64,000 nt of DNA. It comes from an uncultured Clostridia bacterium (GTDB lineage: Bacteria > Bacillota > Clostridia > Christensenellales > CAG-314). A program made the translations under genes and the position numbers. The stretch lies in contig CANOTO010000001.1 in the NCBI GenBank assembly GCA_947570215.1, positions 164,104-228,103 of the forward strand, in the 5' to 3' direction. Below the pieces are notes generated by a model, which saw only the letters and a program-made list of their open reading frames with translations, was not told the origin of the DNA and did no database searches. Positions 1-9,583 of the stretch are shown here, piece after piece; the first letter of the stretch is position 1, and the number at the start of each line of letters is the position of its first letter.

Positions 1-718
1 CGTTTACGTTGACGAATAATCCAAACTTGTCAAACTCGGCGGACAACAGATTGATTAAAGGCTGTAAACCGCGCCGAAATTCACCGTTTGAAACCACCGC
101 AACCAACAATTGCCCGTCAACGTAACGCGCAACTATATGCCGTACTTCGCCCGTAAACGTGCGCTCGTCGTAGGGAACGATTCCCTGTTCGTTGCAATAA
201 CGACGGAATAACCGCACAAGAGATTTCGCCCAATCTCCGCCCAACAAACACTCGTCCATGTCCACAACTTCATGGCTGTTACGTCGGTACATTCCTATTC
301 TAATGTCGCCTTGTTTTCCGGAAACAGGTAAGCTGAGTTTATTGCGATAGCCCAAAACGTGCGGAGACGGAGCGCAGGGCGGCACTTTAACGTTTATACG
401 CGCTATTTTCCTGAGATTACTTTCAACCTTGCTGCTCTTGAATACTAACTGCTCCGCATAGGTCATATGCATCAGCGAGCAACCGCCGCATTGTGTAAAA
501 TGAGAGCAAGGGGCTGTAACGCGCTTGTCGGAAGCGCAAATGACTTCTAACGCGTCGCCGTACGCTACGTTTTTCTTGACATAGTTAACCTTGACGCGCG
601 CCTGTTCGCCCTTAATCAAAAAGGGAACGAACACGGTAACGCCGTCGCATGAACCGACTGTTTCGCAAGTCGCGTAATCCTGAGCGGTATAATTTATAAC
701 GTCGTTTTGCTTAATCAT
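1..718 (-). CDS. RumA/RlmCD-family 23S rRNA (uracil-5)-methyltransferase, N-terminal ~239 codons only (3' end outside window)
   Basis: Not in the ORF track because it is truncated. My translation of the reverse strand from ATG 718-716 is open to nt 1: MIKQNDVINYTAQDYATCETVGSCDGVTVFVPFLIKGEQARVKV...CSHFTQCGGCSLMH...GYRNKLS. It has a TRAM-like N-terminus, a Cx5Cx2C Fe-S motif and a YRNK motif as in RumA. The ATG overlaps the kinase stop (ATGA). Confidence 0.6.
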   Translation of the reverse strand, partial: MIKQNDVINYTAQDYATCETVGSCDGVTVFVPFLIKGEQARVKVNYVKKNVAYGDALEVICASDKRVTAPCSHFTQCGGCSLMHMTYAEQLVFKSSKVESNLRKIARINVKVPPCAPSPHVLGYRNKLSLPVSGKQGDIRIGMYRRNSHEVVDMDECLLGGDWAKSLVRLFRRYCNEQGIVPYDERTFTGEVRHIVARYVDGQLLVAVVSNGEFRRGLQPLINLLSAEFDKFGLFVNVN

Positions 719-1767
719 TTTTCTTCCGACACCGCGTCTAAAGTTATAATAAAGGAGCTCCCCTTACCGATTTCGCTTGCGACGGTTATAGAACCGTTCA
801 GTATTTCCACAATTTTCTTAACTATAGACAAGCCCAAACCGTTGCCCGGAGTAGTATGCGACTTGTCCCCTTGATAAAACTTGTTAAAAATATTAGTCAT
901 AACTTCGGCGCTCATTCCGCAGCCGTTGTCTTTGACGGAAACAGCCACCTTGCCGTCTTGATTGAAGCAGCAAACGGTTATCGCCCCGTTATCGGGCGTA
1001 AACTTAACGGCGTTGGACAGCAAATTTATCCATACCTGCTGCAGCAGCTTGGGATTGCTGAAAATATCCGTTTCGTCAAGAGAAAGCTCAACGTTTATAT
1101 TCTTTTCGCGCATTTGGCGGTCGAACGCCAATACGCATTGACGTATTTGTTCGTCCAAGCAATACCGTTCCTTAACGATAACCTGCGAATCGAGTCTGTT
1201 AAGCAGCAAAACGCTTTCGGACAGTCCCACCAGTCTATCCGATTCGTCGATGATTACGTCGAGATACTCGTTTCGCTGCTCCGACGTCAGAGTGGAATCT
1301 TTAAGCAGTTTGGCAAAGCCTGCGATAGACACGATGGGCGTCTTAAATTCGTGCGAAAAATCGGAAATAAAGTTCTCGCGCAGCGTCTCTACGCTTTGCA
1401 GCTGTTCCGCCATATTATTGAAATTTTGCGCTATGCCGAAATTAGCGAAAAAGGAGCTGTCCGCTATACGCACAGAGAAATCGCACTCCGCTATTTTTTG
1501 CAAAGCCTGAATATAGGGTTTACTCGCCTTAACCATAACCGCGGAATAGGCGAAAGACAGCCCTATGCCGAACAGTATACTCATAGCCATAACTATTACG
1601 CCGAATACCAAAATATTATCTTCGTCCACGCGCATCCACTTGGCGACAAACGCGGACAGTCCGAACGTAATAATCGACGTTATCGCCAGCAAGACAAATA
1701 AGCCCAACACTACAAGAAGAGTTATACGCGAATAGACCGTATGTCTTTTGTGAGAATTAGTTTTCAT
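715..1767 (-). CDS. Sensor histidine kinase (two TM helices with a very short outside loop, intramembrane-sensing type)
   Basis: 350-aa ORF. H-box FSHEFKTPIVSI. ATPase boxes LLSNAVKFT, DNGCGM and GNGLGLSIVK. The two N-terminal hydrophobic helices are separated by about 8 residues. Confidence 0.85.
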   Translation of the reverse strand: MKTNSHKRHTVYSRITLLVVLGLFVLLAITSIITFGLSAFVAKWMRVDEDNILVFGVIVMAMSILFGIGLSFAYSAVMVKASKPYIQALQKIAECDFSVRIADSSFFANFGIAQNFNNMAEQLQSVETLRENFISDFSHEFKTPIVSIAGFAKLLKDSTLTSEQRNEYLDVIIDESDRLVGLSESVLLLNRLDSQVIVKERYCLDEQIRQCVLAFDRQMREKNINVELSLDETDIFSNPKLLQQVWINLLSNAVKFTPDNGAITVCCFNQDGKVAVSVKDNGCGMSAEVMTNIFNKFYQGDKSHTTPGNGLGLSIVKKIVEILNGSITVASEIGKGSSFIITLDAVSEEK

Positions 1768-2437
1768 CGTGTCTTACCGCCTTGTATCCAAGTCCGCGCA
1801 CCGTGACGATTTCGAACGATTTGTTATCCGCAAAGCGTGTGCGCAGTCTGTTAATATGTACGTTTACAGTGTGCTCGTCGCTCTCTGCGTCCATACCCCA
1901 TATTTCGTCCATAAGCTGCAAACGAGTAAATACCATCTCAGGATACGACAGAAGCTTGAACAACAGCAAAAACTCCTTTTGCGGAAGCGTTTCCGAGCCG
2001 CTTTCGGTTATTACCGAATAAGAATTGTAATCAAGAGTAACGTCGCCCACTACTAACTTGTTTTCCGAAACAATTTTGGAACGACGCAATAATGCCTTAA
2101 TGCGTAGAAGCAATTCTTCGAAGTCGAACGGTTTGGTGAGATAATCGTCTATACCTACGATAAATCCTTGTTTTATATCCGTGGCGTTTTTTTTCGCGGA
2201 AAGCATGAGCATCGGCATTTGACTGCCGTTATCACGCAGTGTCTTGGCTAATTCGTAACCGTCCATAACCGGCATCATAACGTCCAAAACCATAAGATCG
2301 ACGTGATTGTGCTCTAACGTTTCCAGCGCGTCTTCGCCGTTTACCGCAGACATTACGTCATACCCGTGGTTTGTCAAAATAGTAGTCAACAGCTTGCGGG
2401 TATTCTTGTCGTCTTCAACTACGAGTATGTTAAACAT
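1757..2437 (-). CDS. OmpR-family response regulator
   Basis: Start moved to ATG 2437 (MFNILVVEDD), which is preceded by GGAG. Receiver motifs VEDD and DLMVLDVMMP; winged-helix C-terminus (VNVHINRLR...VRGLGYK). Overlaps the kinase gene by 11 nt. Confidence 0.85.
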   Translation of the reverse strand: MFNILVVEDDKNTRKLLTTILTNHGYDVMSAVNGEDALETLEHNHVDLMVLDVMMPVMDGYELAKTLRDNGSQMPMLMLSAKKNATDIKQGFIVGIDDYLTKPFDFEELLLRIKALLRRSKIVSENKLVVGDVTLDYNSYSVITESGSETLPQKEFLLLFKLLSYPEMVFTRLQLMDEIWGMDAESDEHTVNVHINRLRTRFADNKSFEIVTVRGLGYKAVRHDEN

Positions 2438-2596
2438 CGATATCTCCTTGTAAGCCGAGCGGCACGTTTCTGCATACATTTTATAATAAATATGCAAAAA
2501 GGTAAACACTTTTTAACTAATTTAGATTATCGGACGATAATATGTGCAATAATTACAATACTTAGGTTATTTTAAGCAATTATTGATAAACTGTTT

Positions 2597-3352
2597 ATGA
2601 CAATGAAGCGAACAAAGCAATATAAAGTTAAATATCCCAAACAGCCTGTGTGGAGAGTATTTGCTTGCTTTTTGAGATCGATATTTAAGCGTCCGGAAAT
2701 AATCAACCTTGCGGAAGAATTGCCGACGAAGGCAATTTACGTTGCCAATCACAGCGCAATGGCCGGACCGGTAGTATACAACTTGTACTTTCCCGTTCCG
2801 CATGCCCCTTGGGGAGCGTATCCGATGCTGGAAGGCTACAAATCGCGTTTTCATTATCTGCGCGACGTATACTTCGTTCAGAAACGCGGAATGAACAAGG
2901 GCTTCGCTTCCTTCCTTGCGACATTCGAAGCATGTTTTTCCATATGGATTTACAAGGGTATGCACGTAATCCCCAGCTATCCCGACGGCAGACTGCTTAA
3001 AACGCTTAGAATAAGTCTGAACAATCTTGACAATAACCGCGCAGTAATGGTATTTCCGGAACACTCGGAAACGGGTTATCATGAACAGCTTACGGGTTTT
3101 TCCGCTGGATTCGTCGTGCTTGCAGAAAGATACCGCAAACTTAACGGGGAAGATATTCCCATTTACCCAATATACTATCACAAAGAATATAACAAAATGG
3201 TCGTAGGCAAACCGCATACGTTAGAAGAATTCCGCAAAAGCAACTTGAACAGAAACCAAATTGCCGACGAATTTTGCAAAATAACAAACGAACTTTTCCA
3301 TCAATACGTACAACCGACCGAAGCGCCCGAAACGGAGCTTTGCAAAGGTTAG
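2597..3352 (+). CDS. Lysophospholipid (PlsC-like) acyltransferase family protein, divergent motifs
   Basis: 251-aa ORF with YVANHSAMAGP and VFPEHSETGY at the positions of the acyltransferase HX4D and FPEG motifs. The catalytic Asp is not obvious, so the assignment is tentative. Confidence 0.5.
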   Translation: MTMKRTKQYKVKYPKQPVWRVFACFLRSIFKRPEIINLAEELPTKAIYVANHSAMAGPVVYNLYFPVPHAPWGAYPMLEGYKSRFHYLRDVYFVQKRGMNKGFASFLATFEACFSIWIYKGMHVIPSYPDGRLLKTLRISLNNLDNNRAVMVFPEHSETGYHEQLTGFSAGFVVLAERYRKLNGEDIPIYPIYYHKEYNKMVVGKPHTLEEFRKSNLNRNQIADEFCKITNELFHQYVQPTEAPETELCKG

Positions 3353-3373
3353 TCTTCATATCCCCCTATTTGA

Positions 3374-3403
3374 CAAAGGCGGCTACAATCGTAGCCGCCT
3401 TTG
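3374..3403. terminator. Hairpin between convergent genes (bidirectional terminator candidate)
   Basis: caaaggcggctac-aatc-gtagccgcctttg: a perfect 13-bp stem with A/T-run ends. Confidence 0.55.
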
Positions 3404-3433
3404 CATTATTGCCGTAATATATCGCCAAAAAAA

Positions 3434-4996
3434 TTATTCTTTTCCGTCTGAGCCTTTGTCTGCTTTCACATCATTAACTTCCTGCGTCCGATTTGCTTCC
3501 TGCAAATCAGCCGCTTCTTCGTGTGCCAACGCACCCGATTGAACGTTCTGCGCGTTTGTAACTGTTTCGACGTTTAGTTGCTGCAATTTTTCCGCTCGGA
3601 ATTTTTTGTTTTCCTTATGTACGAAATAAGTAGGTATAAAATTGAACAACGCCACTACCGCCGAGAACAAAAACAATTCGAAAGGATACACGTGACTGAC
3701 TACTTCCGCGCCGTCTTTTATAAACGGCTCCAAGTACCCCATTCCTTCTTCTATTATAATATACCCTGCGGCGGGAGATTCACCGAATTTCCGCACTTCC
3801 GGACCGAAGCCTTTTATAATTGCGGGACACAGCAGACTGGCTATAATCATCGGAAGCATAACGAATATGATTATGCGTATACCTTGAAAACAGCCGGCTT
3901 TTTCTTCGGGCGTATAATCGCGCGCGGTAGCGTTAAATAAGCCCGCGGTTAACAGCGAAGCGCCTTCAATCATAGTACCGCCCAAAATAAACAAAATGTA
4001 AATAGCAGTCATATTGTTGTTGACGAATTTGCATACGTACGCAAGCAAGCCGCCCACAACGCCCATTGCGGCCACAGGATAAAACAGCTTTTCCTTGCCG
4101 TATTTATCCATAAGCTTACCGCCGACTACCGCTATTGCCGCGGACAAAAGTATTACTATTGCCAACGGCAGTATAAATCCGTCCTTGAAGCCGAGAGTAT
4201 ACTGCAACAGCATAATCATATACGGCTGCCACATTTGCATAGCAAGACCGCCGATCATCATGCCTACAAGGCAAATATAAATCATTTTGTGCCTTTTTAT
4301 GCTGGACGGTTTGAAGCCGTAGATAACTTCTTCCATATATTTACCGGACTTATCGGGCTTGAGCCGCGGATTGTCTCGGAGAATAAATAAACCTATTACG
4401 CCGGTTATAGTAGGCAACGCGCCCAGTACGATAAAGAAAATTTCCCACTTGCCGTTGGCGACAGTGAACATATCGAACACAAAGATTGCCAACAATGCCG
4501 CAACAGGCATAATGGACAGAATTATGTCTACAAACCCGCGGTTGGTTATATCCGTAACATCCGTAACCCACGACGAAAATGCCGCGTCGTTAGACATGGA
4601 GCCGAATACAGTCATTACGCAGTCCATCACAACAAATATTATTACCATTTTCAGCACGTCGTCTTCCGCTACGTGTTCGTGTCCGAAAAAAGCGAAGCTT
4701 GCGGTTACCAAACCCCAAATAATATAACCCCAGCATACAAAAACGCGCCGTTTGCCGAGACGGTCGGACAGTACTCCGCCAAAAATAGTGACCAATGCCG
4801 CCACAATTGCGCTGGCAATTACAGTCGCGCTGGTTCCCCAAGGCTGATCCGTAATGTTCTTTTGGATATACGTGGAAAAATACATATTTTCCACCATCCA
4901 GGCAAGCTGCCCCATAAAGCCGAACAACACTATCGACGCCCAAATTTTACCGCCAAGCTTGTTAGACTTCTTTACAACCACTTCCGCCATAAACAT
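3434..4996 (-). CDS. MFS transporter
   Basis: Start set at ATG 4996 (MFMAEVVV) behind AAGGAG. About 12 hydrophobic segments and the MFS motif-A-like GGVLSDRLGKRRVF. Substrate unknown. Confidence 0.75.
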   Translation of the reverse strand: MFMAEVVVKKSNKLGGKIWASIVLFGFMGQLAWMVENMYFSTYIQKNITDQPWGTSATVIASAIVAALVTIFGGVLSDRLGKRRVFVCWGYIIWGLVTASFAFFGHEHVAEDDVLKMVIIFVVMDCVMTVFGSMSNDAAFSSWVTDVTDITNRGFVDIILSIMPVAALLAIFVFDMFTVANGKWEIFFIVLGALPTITGVIGLFILRDNPRLKPDKSGKYMEEVIYGFKPSSIKRHKMIYICLVGMMIGGLAMQMWQPYMIMLLQYTLGFKDGFILPLAIVILLSAAIAVVGGKLMDKYGKEKLFYPVAAMGVVGGLLAYVCKFVNNNMTAIYILFILGGTMIEGASLLTAGLFNATARDYTPEEKAGCFQGIRIIIFVMLPMIIASLLCPAIIKGFGPEVRKFGESPAAGYIIIEEGMGYLEPFIKDGAEVVSHVYPFELFLFSAVVALFNFIPTYFVHKENKKFRAEKLQQLNVETVTNAQNVQSGALAHEEAADLQEANRTQEVNDVKADKGSDGKE

Positions 4997-5192
4997 TTTT
5001 CTCCTTGTATTAGTGATAGACATAACAGTCTACAACGGATAAAGCCGCGTCGCAAGCAAGTCCGATTGATAAATCTGTAATATCGCTATAATATATTTTA
5101 ACATAAGTTGCTTTACAACACAATAGCGAAACAGTATTTTATTGCCGTTGAATAGAAATACACGACAACTTTTTTATCATTTTTGATTATTG

Positions 5193-5224
5193 AAGCAAGG
5201 TCGAGATTACTCTCGACCTTGCTT
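5193..5224 (-). terminator. Stem-loop downstream of the Hint-protein gene
   Basis: aagcaaggtcgaga-ttac-tctcgaccttgctt: a perfect 14-bp stem, but no clear U-tract on the minus strand. Confidence 0.45.
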
Positions 5225-5245
5225 AAATTCATTTATATTTGTTGA

Positions 5246-8200
5246 CTAAACGAAAAACTTGGAATACTGCTGTACTAACCTACACAAAGAATCGAAATCT
5301 ATCAGCCCTTTCCCTATCGCAACTTTTAAGTATTGTCCGTTAAAAGCGTTAAAGATTTCTTCCGAAACTGGAAGTAACTCTGCAAATTCTGCATAGGTAA
5401 ATAACCCGTATTTTTCTATATCCCTCGACATAGATTCTCGATTGATTGTCATTGTGTTCGAATCCACTTCGAATATGTTAATTAACCCTGTTATTCCGCC
5501 GGGCATAGAAAGCATTCCGTTGACGTAGTAACAAAAATGTTTGGACGTTATCGGACTATACACGGTTGTTAATTCTTCACGAACTTCCACGCTTACAAGC
5601 TGTACTTTTCCGCCTTGACTGTTAAACCAGTGTCCGATATACTGCGATGCATCTTCTCTTAAATAGACATATTGCGAAAGATTATAATCCCAAAATGCGT
5701 GCTCGGATATTACCTTAACGTCCGTACCGTCCGAAAAGCTGAGATTTATAACTTTGTATATTTGCTGAGGGTCTTTGTCTATAAACAATATTTTAGACGA
5801 ATCCAATTGCCCCGTCATCATATTCCATACTAACAATGTTTCGTTACCTGTTAACGTCTCGATAGGAACTTGTCTGCCATCTGACAATGTTATCAGAGTT
5901 CCTGCCGCAACGCATTGCTTGGGCGTATATAACGCTATTAAATCCTGCGTTGGAATTACTTCCTGCGTTGTTACATCCCAAGTTAAAGTCGGAGACCAAT
6001 CATAAGAAGATCCGCTTAACATCTCACCATCTAACATAAAACACTTAAAGTCTGCCTGCGATACTGACCGCGGAGTAACCGTGGTTATTTCTCCTTGCAT
6101 TATACTTATCCGTTGTGACGTTGATTCCCCTTGTCCTTCGATTATTTCCTTTACGAAATAAATAGCGTGCAACGGTTCCCAATGCGCATACAGCGTCAAG
6201 TCGCTTTCTCTTGTCCAGTAATGATTACTATGACAAAATTCCATCCCTTCCACGTAATAGTTCTCACACCCATAAATATTTGCGCTTTGTCTGTCGTCAA
6301 ACATTTTAGCCGTTACCGAATAATATTTTTCCGCTGTAGAAACGGGGTCGGCGTAATATCCCAAAAAATGATATCCGTCTTTTTTAGGTGCCATTTTTCT
6401 GTCAGTAGGCATACTGTCGCCATAGCACATCCGATATCTAAAGTATCTGGACCTACTTCCTATGCCGTTATCCAGAGTAAGAGTATACACGGATTGTTCC
6501 CAGTAAGCGTAGAGCGTTGCGTTATCAACGTCCACGTCCCAAATTTGCCCTTGCATCAATGCCGTAATATACTGTTTTGTATTGATGTCGGAATTCTGTT
6601 TTGTATTATAATATCCCTTAAAAGTATAACCCTTGCGTGTGGGCTTGGGTAAATTACTCGGAATTCTACCGTTCAGCTCAACCGAAATCACCCCGGTGTA
6701 ACCTGTTCCGCCGTTATGGTTGAGAGTAATCTTGGTAATCATGTCATCTACAATAACGGTCAATACAAAATCAGGTGCAATTGTGGGAGTAATGGTTATC
6801 TGCTGGAAATTAGCTAAACTTCCGATACGCAACTTGTCATTTGCAAACGAATAATCCGTTGCCGAAGCTGATACAATAAAACTATTTATCGTTTCAAACG
6901 TGCTGCCGTCAGAACTAATTTCGGCTGTTATATTGTGTATGGAATTCGGTTTTAATCGCACATTTGCACCGTTAACAATTTGACCGTCAACCAGCCATCT
7001 ACACTGAGTAGGACTGGCAAATATATGGGCAACAGTTTGTCCCTGCTTTTGATGAAACCGTATCAAACATTCTTCATTCGCGCCCAAAGTAAAAGTATAA
7101 ACCAAACTGCTGCCACTGTGCTCTGTTGCGGTAATCAAATTCCTACCGAAAATATCGATTATACTCGCAGTTGCGTCATTGGAATTGCTCAACTGCAATT
7201 TATAACACGTTTCCGTTTCGTTAAAATTTGTAAACTTCAACGCTTTTTCGTTCGTGTTCAAATCGTAATCTTGACTTAAATTCATCGTTGACGGAGAGCT
7301 TATATTTATTTGCGTAGTGCAAGTTGTCCCACCGTCATTCTCAACAACAAAATAATATTTCCTACCTGCAGTAAAGTTGGAATATGCACGGTTGTCTTCC
7401 GAAGCTGCGATAGTTTGCATATTTTCATCAATTATTCGCAATTTCACATTGAAGTTTATCGCTTCTATTTTATGAAACTCGCTAACAGACGGTTGATACC
7501 CCACAATATAGTTAGACTGCGGCAAAACTCGATATTCCGTTTCGCTGTTGTATTGTCTGACAGTACAAGGCAAATTACTTATAACCGTAGCATTCAGCGT
7601 ATTACTGAGAATTAACCGATACTTCTGTCCGCCGACAAGATCAAAACGACGACCTTGCGCACCGTTTAACGAAAGCGTCGTACCTGCGGGCGGTTGAAAC
7701 GTGTACTCTCCGGAATATGTAGGAGTAAAGCTTATAATCTGATTTCCCTGCGGAAGCAAGTATACAGGCATGTCGGATTTATCAAAATCGTCTCCTATGT
7801 AAAAGTACGGATCTTCGTTTTCAAATATTGTTCTTTCGTCATAAAAGCCGAAAGAGTTATTGTCTTCCGGACTTGTCATAGATTCGTATTTGTCATTCAA
7901 CACGCCCGTCATACAACCGATATCAAACTCGCACTTGCGTACTATCCTGCTTCTGTAATTAGAGTCACTTAACAAAACCTTCAATTCGGCAAACGATTCA
8001 TTGGCGTCAGAAAGTAACACGGTTGAATCTTTCGGCATAACATTAATATTTTTAGAAAAACAATCTGCGTTTCCATCTCGCAATTGTTCCGTCTTCGTCA
8101 TTTCGGCATATAAATTTGTCTCGTTATTGCAATAAACAGTTTGCCTACCATCCGCACCAAATAAATATTTTTCCGTTTGTGTGGCAGTATTAACAAGACC

Positions 8201-8968
8201 AATAATTGTACCAAGTTTTACAGGAAGCAAATCAAGGACCGGACAAGCAACGCCCAAAGCTAACTGCACACTTAAATCTGCGATTGTTTCCAAAAGCTTA
8301 CTGTCCATAGGAGATAGTAAACCGCTGTAGTTGATACGAGATTGCCGTATAATAACCCCGTCATCCGATTGCATAGAATATCCGACATCGCCGTGATTCA
8401 AGGCATTTTCATTAAGCACAGCCGCAGAAAAACGCGGATTTTCCACATAAAACTTATACCTATCGTCATCATACTTAATCCACTTGTAAACGCCGTAGTC
8501 CTTCGCCCGACGGAAGCACTGCTGTAAAATAGGATTTATTTTTATTGAGTACTGTGCGTTAGCATGCTCGTCATCGATTACAAAATCTATTAGCAACGTA
8601 AAAAAGTTTTCGCCGTACTTGTATATGTAAAAACCGTACTCCTTACCCATATACGCCAAGGTTGCGTATTCTTCCTGACACTCCAAATATTCCAACGGAA
8701 TAACCTGAGTAAGTTCTTCTATTACTTGATTACGTCCGGCGGCTTTGACGGCTTCGGCGAACTCTACAATAGTACGGCCGTTATTTACCGTGCCGTCCGC
8801 ATTAAGCAAATGATCGTCGGAAGTATACAATTCCGGCGATAAATACTCTGTCTCGGCGGCGAAGGCGTCGCTGTTAAGCGCAAATGCCGACAGCACTAAA
8901 CAACTGAACAAAAGAAACAGAACCGCTGCTATGGCAGAACCATACTTTCTCATTCGTTGCTTCATCAT
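5246..8968 (-). CDS. Large secreted multidomain protein: signal peptide, long unassigned beta-rich region, InlB-B/Listeria-Bacteroides-type repeats, C-terminal Hint (bacterial intein-like) domain plus ~85-aa tail
   Basis: 1,240-aa ORF with GGAGAA 6 nt upstream. Signal peptide MMKQRMRKYGSAIAAVLFLLFSCLVLSAFALNSDAFA. B-repeat signatures KGYTFKGYY...LYAYWE and DGYHFLGYY...LYAHWE. Hint start CVAAGTLITLSDGRQVPIETL at residue 1019. No LPXTG or other anchor seen. Confidence 0.8.
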   Translation of the reverse strand: MMKQRMRKYGSAIAAVLFLLFSCLVLSAFALNSDAFAAETEYLSPELYTSDDHLLNADGTVNNGRTIVEFAEAVKAAGRNQVIEELTQVIPLEYLECQEEYATLAYMGKEYGFYIYKYGENFFTLLIDFVIDDEHANAQYSIKINPILQQCFRRAKDYGVYKWIKYDDDRYKFYVENPRFSAAVLNENALNHGDVGYSMQSDDGVIIRQSRINYSGLLSPMDSKLLETIADLSVQLALGVACPVLDLLPVKLGTIIGLVNTATQTEKYLFGADGRQTVYCNNETNLYAEMTKTEQLRDGNADCFSKNINVMPKDSTVLLSDANESFAELKVLLSDSNYRSRIVRKCEFDIGCMTGVLNDKYESMTSPEDNNSFGFYDERTIFENEDPYFYIGDDFDKSDMPVYLLPQGNQIISFTPTYSGEYTFQPPAGTTLSLNGAQGRRFDLVGGQKYRLILSNTLNATVISNLPCTVRQYNSETEYRVLPQSNYIVGYQPSVSEFHKIEAINFNVKLRIIDENMQTIAASEDNRAYSNFTAGRKYYFVVENDGGTTCTTQINISSPSTMNLSQDYDLNTNEKALKFTNFNETETCYKLQLSNSNDATASIIDIFGRNLITATEHSGSSLVYTFTLGANEECLIRFHQKQGQTVAHIFASPTQCRWLVDGQIVNGANVRLKPNSIHNITAEISSDGSTFETINSFIVSASATDYSFANDKLRIGSLANFQQITITPTIAPDFVLTVIVDDMITKITLNHNGGTGYTGVISVELNGRIPSNLPKPTRKGYTFKGYYNTKQNSDINTKQYITALMQGQIWDVDVDNATLYAYWEQSVYTLTLDNGIGSRSRYFRYRMCYGDSMPTDRKMAPKKDGYHFLGYYADPVSTAEKYYSVTAKMFDDRQSANIYGCENYYVEGMEFCHSNHYWTRESDLTLYAHWEPLHAIYFVKEIIEGQGESTSQRISIMQGEITTVTPRSVSQADFKCFMLDGEMLSGSSYDWSPTLTWDVTTQEVIPTQDLIALYTPKQCVAAGTLITLSDGRQVPIETLTGNETLLVWNMMTGQLDSSKILFIDKDPQQIYKVINLSFSDGTDVKVISEHAFWDYNLSQYVYLREDASQYIGHWFNSQGGKVQLVSVEVREELTTVYSPITSKHFCYYVNGMLSMPGGITGLINIFEVDSNTMTINRESMSRDIEKYGLFTYAEFAELLPVSEEIFNAFNGQYLKVAIGKGLIDFDSLCRLVQQYSKFFV

Positions 8969-9014
8969 GATAGTTCTCCTTTGTAAATATTTATTTTAAT
9001 GCCAATACGGCATT

Positions 9015-9560
9015 TCAAACGTTGTTATTTGCATCAGGATTCGGTACAAATATGTGCAATTCTAAATCTCTTGGATTCCACAAAGGTGAGTCGTCCATTG
9101 CGCTGATTGTCGAAATATAATAACCGGGTTTTTCTATTATGTTATAATAAGACGTGCCGCTTACGTTTTCTTGTTTAAGCCCGTACGCCCCGCACGAAAA
9201 CAAATAATACAAAGGCGGCTCCCGACTGTCCCATGCAGAGCTGTAATTATCATGAAACCAAATGTCTCCTAAAACAGGGTGATCCGCTATTTGAAAAGCG
9301 TATACAAATATTTCGTAGTATTTGCCTTGTTCAAATTTTGAGAGTTCTATATCCAAAACGTCAACGTCAGGCGGCACTGTCCATCGCCCCAATATTTCCC
9401 CATAATTTCTATTACAATACTCATCGACTTGTTCGTATGTAATAATAAAAGTTACGTCATATTTTTTATCTTTCTGCTTACATGCGCATAGCCAAGTAAG
9501 GCAAAAAACGAACAAAACTACCGTCACCAATATAATAAGAACTTTTTTACTTTTAAACAT
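9015..9560 (-). CDS. Small lipoprotein, unknown function
   Basis: Start set at ATG 9560 (MFKSKKVLIILV) behind AGGAGAA. Lipobox-like LTWLCAC. Mature part is beta-rich with no motif I recognise. Confidence 0.6.
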   Translation of the reverse strand: MFKSKKVLIILVTVVLFVFCLTWLCACKQKDKKYDVTFIITYEQVDEYCNRNYGEILGRWTVPPDVDVLDIELSKFEQGKYYEIFVYAFQIADHPVLGDIWFHDNYSSAWDSREPPLYYLFSCGAYGLKQENVSGTSYYNIIEKPGYYISTISAMDDSPLWNPRDLELHIFVPNPDANNNV

Positions 9561-9583
9561 TAAGTAATTCTCCTTTCCAAAAG

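Noticed and set aside
856-1701. 281-aa plus-strand ORF inside the histidine-kinase gene
   Set aside because: It is fully antisense to a gene with clear HisKA/HATPase motifs. Its translation is Arg/Leu/Ile-rich with no motif or RBS, which is typical of a shadow ORF.
2567-3217. 216-aa minus-strand ORF overlapping the plus-strand acyltransferase-like gene
   Set aside because: The plus-strand frame has acyltransferase-like motifs, an upstream promoter region and a downstream terminator. The minus frame has none of these and a non-coding-like composition.
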